Shown: positions 26,123 to 33,757 of the stretch, piece by piece
Position numbering within the stretch: position 1 is the first letter of the stretch
How the letters are laid out: each line of letters starts with the position of its first letter
Assembly: GCA_902634555.1 (NCBI GenBank)
Contig: CACPKO010000002.1
Coordinates: forward strand, 1,185 to 65,184
Length of the DNA: 64,000 nucleotides
Source: Actinomycetota bacterium
GTDB lineage: Bacteria; Actinomycetota; Acidimicrobiia; Acidimicrobiales; MedAcidi-G1
Direction of reading: 5' to 3'
Notes under the pieces: model-generated
Told to the model about the DNA's origin: nothing
What the model saw: the letters and a program-made list of their open reading frames with translations, nothing else
The model's database searches: none
Made by a program: the position numbers and the translations under genes

Positions 26123-28724
26123 AAGCTTTCTTTTGAAGAACCTGCAGTCCAGTTTCTGCCCGACCAATTTTATCTTCGTCCAGGTAATTTTCAGGGGTGT
26201 CAGCTAAAGCACCGCAATCCACAAGGGCGCTTTGCAAAAATCCGATATTTATCTTATGGAACATCTCCGCATTGTCTTGTCCAAGTATTTCAGCATCTGG
26301 TGTTTCATACTTTAACCAGATTTTTTCAATCCATACATCAGGAAACTCGTTAAAGAAATCAGCGAAAAATCTCTTCGGCATAAACGAGAGAAACAACCCA
26401 TTCTCCACTAACTCAGTAATTGAATGTTTTTCGAGTTCACCAGACAACTGTAACTCCGTTGCAATTGCTTGTTTGTCAGAACCGGAGAGATTGTTATAGA
26501 ACTCTTGCACCTCACCATTTTCGCGTAATCTGTCAGTGACATCAGAAAAGAATTGGTTCACTTCATCAATAAGATTCGCTGAGGCATCTGCGTAATCCCC
26601 AAAATACTCTTGCAGAATTTTACAAGTGATAGAAGAGAGATTAAATGCTTGATCACCTGAATGGGCAGGAGGATTTAAAAGAAGGATGAAACTAGCTACT
26701 TCATTTGCTATTAAGGTTTGAGGCTTAACTTGTAACTCTGTAAAAAGGTTGTGACCACTATCTACGAAAATTTTTATTTCAGTTAACTCTTTGAAGACGA
26801 CAACCGGAAGAGTTACATCTGAATCCCATTTTGCTTTTATAGGGTTAGTTGCTTTGAAAACTTGAACGAATAGTTCTTTACTTGATTGACTACTAGTTAA
26901 AGGGATGGATAGATTCTCGAAACAAAACTCATCCCATCTTGATGAATCATTTTCTAAAGCTTCTTCCGTTAACGGGGCTGGGCTTCCTCTATTGTGGCCG
27001 CATTGGCCGCAAATCACTTCTTCAGAAGGAGTTTTATAGCTACACCAAGGACATTCCCAGTCAGCATCAGAATTGTCAACTCCCCATTGCGCTACACCGC
27101 AAAGGGGGCATGAAGCAGCACTAGGGAGGATGGGACTCTCACAACTAACACATGTTTTTGGATCAAAAATCATGGTACATTGCTCACACTGTTCTTCTTT
27201 CGGATCGTTTTGGTGATCACATTGTGGGCAACTTCTCATACCTTGCTGAGGCGGCAGACCTCCAAATTCAACGCGCTCATACCAATTGGTATCATCAAAC
27301 CAACCGTCTTCTTTATTAAGGAATTTTTCATAGGCGTTTCTTTCCCATTCTCTACCAATTCTTTTGGGTTGTTTCTTCTGAGGGTCCCACGCTGCGGGAT
27401 AGAGCACATCCTTGGGAGATGAGGGTTGTTGCGTGTATCTAATCCGATCGTAAGCGCTATATAGTTTCGAAATGGGAGAATCGTTGATATAACCGTCTTC
27501 CCAAGCCAAGCTGCCACCCTTCTGTCCCTGAGGTCTTAATGCTTTTCCGCGTAAAAATGTGATCGCTTTTTCGAACATTGCATCTACTTGAAATTGTTGC
27601 TTGAGGTAATCAACTCGGCACCCATCTAAATGGACTTCTCCCACGATGCGGCCATTGATATCATTCAATGGGTATTCTTTGACTTTGTTGCCATCCTCAT
27701 CTGTAACCTCAAAGAAAAGACTTTTTTCATCTCTTACGATTGCTCGTCCATTGCGGATTAAGTCAATCCCATAACGGTTTGGATCGTCAAAACGTTGTAT
27801 CCCAACCCAACCACGAACTTTGCTTTCAACCGTTTGAGGAGCTTGCAGATGCGTTTCAATTTCACATTTTTTCACTCCTTCTGGGATAAAGCGCCCGCAT
27901 TCCACACATCGTTTAAAGCTTCCTAAAGACTCATCAAACCAAATTTGGGCAGGAACCTGTTGTTTACTTAGTGCTGATCCTGCCGCTGTAGTTCGGTTTT
28001 CTGACCACACACAATGCTCAAAGGGTTTGACAAGCTTGCTATTTGCTGAGGTTTCATAAACGCGTATATCAATATTTTCTTCCTTGATGCAGGTCGCATA
28101 CCTTCTACCAAGTTGATCAAGCACTACGTTGCCAGATTTTTCGGCGATTCTGCTTGCAAATTCTGCATTCTGATGCCCTCTAGCGTATGTTCCAGAGATT
28201 TTGATGATTGTTCCTTGTTCCATCCCCTCAGGTTTGGGAACCTCACTTCCTGGAACTACATACTCTCCGCTGCGGACTAACTCTTCAAGATCAAGTACAA
28301 CTTCTGAAGCAAAATTATCTGACTTACGACAACTTATAATTGTTGTTCTCGGACCGATTTTTCCACTGGCAATATTGAAACCGACTCCAAAGAGACCAAG
28401 ACTTGCAAATTGTGTTTGTCCCGAAAACCCAGCAGTTATTGCATTATTGATTCCTTTGCGGTCTAAGCCAAACCCGTTGTCTCTTATTACGAATTCACCT
28501 TTTCCTGCTTTAACGTCAGTTAGCGTTGGGATAAACAATTCAATCTGCGGGTTCTCAACTGGTTCCCCCACTCTTCGCGCTAAGCCAAAAGAATCAACTG
28601 AGTTGTCAATCAACTCTGACAGGGCATCAATCCAGGAAAGACTCGCCATCGCCAAAATCCCTAAAATTTGAGGATGCGGAGTAATGTTTAAATCAAATGA
28701 ATTAGTTTTCTCATTTTCTGCCAT
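26115..28724 (-). CDS. MORC/GHKL-family ATPase with S5-like domain and multiple zinc ribbons
   Basis: ELIDNSVD, DNGFG, GLFGVG, GTIIKI; VRGWVG..GIDLIRNGR..RIVGEVHLD; seven CxxC pairs (one early, six clustered). Confidence 0.88.
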   Translation of the reverse strand: MAENEKTNSFDLNITPHPQILGILAMASLSWIDALSELIDNSVDSFGLARRVGEPVENPQIELFIPTLTDVKAGKGEFVIRDNGFGLDRKGINNAITAGFSGQTQFASLGLFGVGFNIASGKIGPRTTIISCRKSDNFASEVVLDLEELVRSGEYVVPGSEVPKPEGMEQGTIIKISGTYARGHQNAEFASRIAEKSGNVVLDQLGRRYATCIKEENIDIRVYETSANSKLVKPFEHCVWSENRTTAAGSALSKQQVPAQIWFDESLGSFKRCVECGRFIPEGVKKCEIETHLQAPQTVESKVRGWVGIQRFDDPNRYGIDLIRNGRAIVRDEKSLFFEVTDEDGNKVKEYPLNDINGRIVGEVHLDGCRVDYLKQQFQVDAMFEKAITFLRGKALRPQGQKGGSLAWEDGYINDSPISKLYSAYDRIRYTQQPSSPKDVLYPAAWDPQKKQPKRIGREWERNAYEKFLNKEDGWFDDTNWYERVEFGGLPPQQGMRSCPQCDHQNDPKEEQCEQCTMIFDPKTCVSCESPILPSAASCPLCGVAQWGVDNSDADWECPWCSYKTPSEEVICGQCGHNRGSPAPLTEEALENDSSRWDEFCFENLSIPLTSSQSSKELFVQVFKATNPIKAKWDSDVTLPVVVFKELTEIKIFVDSGHNLFTELQVKPQTLIANEVASFILLLNPPAHSGDQAFNLSSITCKILQEYFGDYADASANLIDEVNQFFSDVTDRLRENGEVQEFYNNLSGSDKQAIATELQLSGELEKHSITELVENGLFLSFMPKRFFADFFNEFPDVWIEKIWLKYETPDAEILGQDNAEMFHKINIGFLQSALVDCGALADTPENYLDEDKIGRAETGLQVLQKKAYA

Positions 28725-28790
28725 ACGAGACCTCTCCTCTATAGGACTTTTTTAAATTATCATGAATGCATCGCTTCTAAAAATCTTGAA

Positions 28791-29633
28791 CTAACTCAGC
28801 ATCGTGGTATGGATTTGTTCAATGAACGCTAAGGACTCATCAACGTTTTGAACGGGGGCGAGAAGCACGAGTCTATCTACTCCCATCTCGCCATATGTTT
28901 CTAACATTTCTACACCTGGTCTCATGAGTGGAGTCACCGTGATTTCTATTTCTCCAAGTCCTTCAGATCGTTCATGCTGTCCCTCTAGTTCTCTGATTCC
29001 GGCAATATTTTTGGCGGTACCTTCGGGATCTAACATGAATCCGTACCATCCTTGACAGTGCGTGACAGTTCGCCTCCAAGCAGGTTTGGAGTGGCCTCCC
29101 ATAACTACTGGAGGACCTAATGGGCTAACAGGTCGAGGATTTGCTTTCACTCCACTAAATGAAACATATTTGCCATCGTAGTTAGGTTCGTTGTCATGCC
29201 AGATTGAACGCATAGCTTCTATGTACTCGATAGACCGTGGTCCTCTGTCTTCCATTGGAATACCTAGTGCTTCAAATTCTGGGGCTAGATATCCGACACC
29301 AACTCCGAAAATTAATCGGCCGTTAGATACTGCGTCGACGCTCGCTAATTCTTTCGCTAAGACAAGTGGGTTGCGCTGCGGGAGGATGATGATTCCTGTT
29401 CCTAAATTTATTTCGGTTGTGATGGACGACAGATAAGCGAGTGCAACTGCGGGATCAAGGAGAGGTACCTCTGCAGGTAGAGGAGAAGGAGGAACTTGCG
29501 GGTCAGGTAAGACGACGTGTTCTGCTGTCCAGAGAGATTCAAATCCGGCTTCTTCGGCCGCTGTTGCTACTCGACCCATGTCGTCTGGATTCGCCAGATG
29601 TCCACCATTGATTGAATACAGTCCTATTTTCAT
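28791..29633 (-). CDS. LLM-class F420-dependent oxidoreductase
   Basis: AEEAGFESLWTAEH, LGTGIIILPQRNP, SNGRLIFGVGVG; the ATG at 29633 lies just outside the tRNA. Confidence 0.9.
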   Translation of the reverse strand: MKIGLYSINGGHLANPDDMGRVATAAEEAGFESLWTAEHVVLPDPQVPPSPLPAEVPLLDPAVALAYLSSITTEINLGTGIIILPQRNPLVLAKELASVDAVSNGRLIFGVGVGYLAPEFEALGIPMEDRGPRSIEYIEAMRSIWHDNEPNYDGKYVSFSGVKANPRPVSPLGPPVVMGGHSKPAWRRTVTHCQGWYGFMLDPEGTAKNIAGIRELEGQHERSEGLGEIEITVTPLMRPGVEMLETYGEMGVDRLVLLAPVQNVDESLAFIEQIHTTMLS

Positions 29634-29709
29634 TGGAGCGGACGACGAGATTTGAACTCGCGACATTCACCTTGGCAAGGTGATGCTCTACCAACTGAGC
29701 TACGTCCGC
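29634..29709 (-). tRNA. tRNA-Gly(GCC)
   Basis: GCGGACG/CGTCCGC acceptor stem, CACC-TTGCCAA-GGTG anticodon arm, TCCA end; 76 nt. Confidence 0.97.
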
Positions 29710-29856
29710 GTGCGTCGTCACTTTATCCGACTTAACAACGAATTTACCCTCTTAGCGCTCTCTTTGACTAAACCAATCCAATGTTTTGTTGGAGTCTTGA
29801 AATTTTCCTCAATGTAGTATTCTCTGCTTATTCGTAAATAGGCATTGGAGTTACGT

Positions 29857-30822
29857 ATGTTTTTCGCTGACGGTTTGAATTGCAGCATCTTCGATAGAGA
29901 AGTTTTCCAAGAAGTTATAGACGGAGGCCTCAGCTGCATAACAGTTAGTTTGGGATTCTGGGAGGACGCTCTTGAATCAATGGATGCTTTAGGGCGTTTT
30001 CGTGATGTTGTCCGAGAAAATGAAGATTTAGTTGCTATCGCCCATAACGAAGAAGACATAAATAAAATCGTTGCCTCGGAACGTTGCGCCCTGATTGTCG
30101 GCTATCAAAACACCACTGCGTTAAATGGAAACATACGTTTTGTTGAACTCTTTGCGGATATGGGAGTCCGAGTTCTGCAGCTGACGTACAACAACCAAAA
30201 TGAATATGGCGGTAGTTGTTATGAACCTGCTGATAGTGGAATAAGTCGTGCTGGAGTAGAGCTTGTTTCAGAACTTAATCGCTGTGGCATTTTGATTGAT
30301 CTTTCACACGTTGGACAGAGAACAGGTTTAGATGTGATTGAAGCTTCCGAGAAGCCAGTTGCTGTTACCCATGCAAACCCGGATGGATTTGTTCCTCATG
30401 TTCGAAATAAGTCTGATGATCTAATTAAAGCTCTTGCCGAAAAAGGCGGCGTGATTGGTTTAGCTACCTATCCCAACATTTGTGATGGTTTTGCTGAAAC
30501 TCCTGAAAAGTGGTCAGAACTTGTTGCATACACCGTTGATCTCGTTGGGATCAATCATGTTGGAATCGGGACTGATCACAGCCGAAACATAGAAATGTCT
30601 CATTTGGAATGGATGCGTCAGGGCCGCTGGTCAAGAGTCACGAATTACGGTGCTGGTTCTGCTTCTCGACCGGGGAAAATTGCAGAGCCTGATTGGTTAA
30701 CAACCATGCGTGGATTTGGATTGATTGCTGATGCTTTACACGCTCGGGGGATGACAGAAGAAGAAGTCGCTTCGATAATGGGCGGAAACTGGTTAAGACT
30801 TTATAGCGAAGTGTTTAACTAA
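29857..30822 (+). CDS. Membrane dipeptidase (peptidase M19) family amidohydrolase
   Basis: QLTYNNQN, IDLSHVG, THANP..H.RNKSD, HVGIGTD, MGGNWLR. Confidence 0.88.
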   Translation: MFFADGLNCSIFDREVFQEVIDGGLSCITVSLGFWEDALESMDALGRFRDVVRENEDLVAIAHNEEDINKIVASERCALIVGYQNTTALNGNIRFVELFADMGVRVLQLTYNNQNEYGGSCYEPADSGISRAGVELVSELNRCGILIDLSHVGQRTGLDVIEASEKPVAVTHANPDGFVPHVRNKSDDLIKALAEKGGVIGLATYPNICDGFAETPEKWSELVAYTVDLVGINHVGIGTDHSRNIEMSHLEWMRQGRWSRVTNYGAGSASRPGKIAEPDWLTTMRGFGLIADALHARGMTEEEVASIMGGNWLRLYSEVFN

Positions 30823-31040
30823 TCATTCGGTCGAAGGTCAACTTTAAGAGTCAAAATTCCATCTTCAAGAGTTCCTTCTGAGTCTCCGATAATGGCGAAA
30901 TCTTGGAAGTCGTTCTGGGCTTGCTCTAAGAACATTTTCCTCTCGTCTCCTCCTATTGGGGGTAAATTCCGGTTGCGAACTGCAGCGGCTCTTTCTCGAA
31001 ATCTTTGAAGCATTGCTTCTATGTCAAGTTCGTCAGACAT
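30819..31040 (-). CDS. Small conserved-looking hypothetical protein
   Basis: 73 aa from ATG 31040, overlapping the upstream stop; RFRERAAAVRNRNLPP. Confidence 0.65.
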   Translation of the reverse strand: MSDELDIEAMLQRFRERAAAVRNRNLPPIGGDERKMFLEQAQNDFQDFAIIGDSEGTLEDGILTLKVDLRPND

Positions 31041-31458
31041 CTTTTGAAGGCTCCTTATCCTCAAGTTCATCTACTGATTTTTCATCTAACAATTTAGCTA
31101 AAAGTTCATTAGATGACTGTGAAGATTCCTCGTCAGGGATGTTGAAATGAAAGGAATATTTTGATTTACGAGATTTGTGTGAAGCTCCATCGATTTCTCC
31201 TCTATCAATAGCGGCTTGAAGGCGGCGGCTGGGTCGGGTATGCCAATAGAATCCAATCGTTGCGACAAGAACAACGCCAGCAATGATTCGAAGTGTAAGA
31301 ACAATATTGTCTACACGGTCATTAGTGGTTCCGTCAGCTGCTGATGTGTCGGCGTCTATCGTCGTAACTTCAGCAAATGCAGACCCTGAGTAAAGGAATG
31401 TCAAAGTAACCAGGATTGCTATTACAGCAAAAAAATTCTTGCCCTTTATATCTTTCAC
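31033..31458 (-). CDS. Hypothetical membrane protein
   Basis: Signal/TM segment, second TM, YWHTRPSRR, acidic tail. Confidence 0.65.
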   Translation of the reverse strand: MKDIKGKNFFAVIAILVTLTFLYSGSAFAEVTTIDADTSAADGTTNDRVDNIVLTLRIIAGVVLVATIGFYWHTRPSRRLQAAIDRGEIDGASHKSRKSKYSFHFNIPDEESSQSSNELLAKLLDEKSVDELEDKEPSKDV

Positions 31459-31504
31459 TGTTCCACCCAGTCTCTCTTTGGTCTAGGTTAGTCGGAGTAA
31501 CCCC

Positions 31505-32284
31505 TTATCGCTGATGTAAGGGGCACCACCATGTTGTTCTTCCACCCACTTTTGAGCGTCTTAAAGGTTCATGGTCTAATGGGCAAATTCCTCCTGGGTT
31601 CCTATGTTCAAAGAAATCTCCCGTGTGTGAACCTCCTCGTTTATCTAACTGATTAAGTACTTGACGGATTATTTTCTTTAAAACTTTGATTTCTTCATCT
31701 TCTAATGAGTCTGACGGTCGTCTAGGGTCAAGTTGGCTACGCCAACAAATTTCGTCAACGAGAAGATTTCCCAATCCTGCTATACGCGACTGATCTAAAA
31801 GTCTTGCCTTTAAAGCTGTAGAAGAATGCGACAAAACCTGACGCAAGTCATTGATATCTATCGTCCATGCATCGGGACCCAGTTTGTCTTCTTCCGGATC
31901 TAGCTCGACTCCTCCAAGTCGACGAGGGTCGTCCATAACTAAGTCTCCTCCACCTTTAAAGCGGAGAATGAAACGATGCCATGATGGGTTGATGCGACGA
32001 CTCCCCCATTCCAATTGTTTTACGGCCGCTTGACCATCTACAAAAAGTCTTCCAGTCATCCCAAACCTTAAACCTAGAGTTGGCCCGCCGGAATCTAGGA
32101 GCAGAAGTTTCCCTATTCGTCGTGTTCTTGTGAAACGCCGGTTAACTAGGCTCTCTTTAAAGTCTTCCGAAGTCGCCCCACCTTTTAGATACCAGTTGTC
32201 TGGGGTTAAGACTTCAGTGATAACACGTCCAACAACGTGTTCGGCCACTCTGCGGTACGCCTCTATTTCTAATATTTCAGGCAT
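31505..32284 (-). CDS. Fpg/Nei-family DNA glycosylase
   Basis: N-terminal MPEILE, RIGK, FGMTG, H2TH LLDQSRIAGLGN, C-terminal finger with GGRTTWWC. Confidence 0.9.
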   Translation of the reverse strand: MPEILEIEAYRRVAEHVVGRVITEVLTPDNWYLKGGATSEDFKESLVNRRFTRTRRIGKLLLLDSGGPTLGLRFGMTGRLFVDGQAAVKQLEWGSRRINPSWHRFILRFKGGGDLVMDDPRRLGGVELDPEEDKLGPDAWTIDINDLRQVLSHSSTALKARLLDQSRIAGLGNLLVDEICWRSQLDPRRPSDSLEDEEIKVLKKIIRQVLNQLDKRGGSHTGDFFEHRNPGGICPLDHEPLRRSKVGGRTTWWCPLHQR

Positions 32285-32323
32285 ACATCATTTTATTTGA
32301 ACACCATAGATATGAGCGGATTA

Positions 32324-33556
32324 CTAAATAGACGTGTCTTCCAAAAATTTTGCTATGTGGTTGGAAACATCTTCAGTTGCTAGAAGAAATCCGTCATGCC
32401 CATTACCGTTTTCTACTATCTGGTGGGTGCATTCCCCGCCAATAGCTTTAACCGCCTCGAAAATCTCCACTTGAAGATTCGGTGGGTACAAATAATCTGA
32501 AGTGATACTTAACGTCAATACAGGTACTCGGGCTAAGCGTGATACAGCCTCATTCACACTGCCTCGATCTCGCGCAACATCATGCAAGTCCATTGCCCTG
32601 TTGAGGACTAAGTAACTGTTCGCATCAAATCTCCGAACCAACTTTTCTCCTTGGTAATCCAAATATGATTCAACTTGATATTGGTCCCAGAGGCCATAAA
32701 TGCTTCTTGGATCAACTACTTCTCTCCCAAACCGCTCAGCAAAAGAGTTGGGACTTCGGTAATGTATTTGAGCGATTGATCGAGCAGTAGCAAGACCTAG
32801 GTGAGGCCCGTTTCCTACTTCAGCGTCGTAGTAGTCGCCGCCCTTAAAAAGTGGGTCCAGCACTAACGCATTTCTACCAACGGCGCTCCACCCTATTTGC
32901 CATGGTGATGCAGCTAAGGCGGTGGCTAGTGGCGCTAACGCTTTGACTCGATCTGGGTACATGATTCCCCATTCAAGCACTTGCATTCCGCCCATTGATC
33001 CGCCTACTACTAGACGCCATTGTTCTATGCCTAAGTGATCGGCGACGGCAGCTTGTGCCCGAACCATATCTCGAGTGGTGATCACGGGGAAAGCAGATCC
33101 GTAAGGTTTCTTAGAGGCAGGGTTAATTGATGCCGGTCCTGTGGAACCTTGACAACCACCGAGGACATTAATGCAGACTATGAAATGTTCTTTCGGGTCA
33201 AGTCCGCTGCCCTCACCAATAACCCCATTCCACCATCCGGGAGTTGGGTGAGCTTCTCCATGCTCCCCGAAAGCATGAGAGTCTCCTGTTAACGCATGAC
33301 ACACCAAGATCGCATTGTCTGCTGCAGGAGAAAGCTGGCCCCAGGTTTCGTAGGCCATCGTCACTTCTTCAAGAACACCGCCGCCTTCAAGTGCGAAACT
33401 TCTGTCTGGATGAACTTTCGCGAACTCACGGTTTCCTTCAGGATCCCCTTCTTGCCATGCCCCAGTTACAGGCAGATTTTCCGTAAGGGGACGCGGATAT
33501 ACATATGGTTGAGCCGGATCTTGCCCGTATTGTGTTAAGTCTTCAGATTCAGTCAT
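32324..33556 (-). CDS. metX: Homoserine O-acetyltransferase
   Basis: CHALTGDSH, GGSMGG nucleophile elbow, RRFDANSY, GHDGFL. True start is ATG 33556; the 52-aa ORF extension overlaps the riboswitch. Confidence 0.92.
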   Translation of the reverse strand: MTESEDLTQYGQDPAQPYVYPRPLTENLPVTGAWQEGDPEGNREFAKVHPDRSFALEGGGVLEEVTMAYETWGQLSPAADNAILVCHALTGDSHAFGEHGEAHPTPGWWNGVIGEGSGLDPKEHFIVCINVLGGCQGSTGPASINPASKKPYGSAFPVITTRDMVRAQAAVADHLGIEQWRLVVGGSMGGMQVLEWGIMYPDRVKALAPLATALAASPWQIGWSAVGRNALVLDPLFKGGDYYDAEVGNGPHLGLATARSIAQIHYRSPNSFAERFGREVVDPRSIYGLWDQYQVESYLDYQGEKLVRRFDANSYLVLNRAMDLHDVARDRGSVNEAVSRLARVPVLTLSITSDYLYPPNLQVEIFEAVKAIGGECTHQIVENGNGHDGFLLATEDVSNHIAKFLEDTSI

Positions 33557-33611
33557 ATTGGTGGGGAGATCCACCGGAACCCGGCGACCGGAGGTCGACT
33601 TTGTCGACACC

Positions 33612-33722
33612 GGACACTTTGTTGCCCTTTCGGACCACATCCTCTTCCTTTCGGATGAGCGGGCACCTTGGGTGTCCTCCCAGGTTGCCGGATCTAGTTT
33701 TAACCAGACCACTCGTAATGCC
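33612..33722 (-). ncRNA. SAM-I/IV riboswitch
   Basis: GCAUUACGAG-P2-CGGCAACCUGGGAGGACACCCAAGGUGCC-P4(GAAA)-GAUGU-GGUCCGAAAGGGC-AACAAA-GUGUCC; L3 GGACAC pairs with the 3' GUGUCC (PK2); upstream of metX; -10 TACACT at 33730-33735. Confidence 0.9.
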
Positions 33723-33757
33723 TCTATAAAGTGTAGACGGAAAGAACCGTCAGACGG

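Noticed and set aside
19208-29633. Intact integrative element or prophage at tRNA-Gly
   Set aside because: No integrase, transposase or phage structural genes, and I could not find a duplicated tRNA 3' end by eye.
33557-33712. 52-aa N-terminal extension of MetX (similar extensions at 17770-18897, 48969-49460, 28791-29666, 59545)
   Set aside because: These extensions run through a riboswitch, tRNA, operators or a divergent gene; downstream starts have SD or -10 support.
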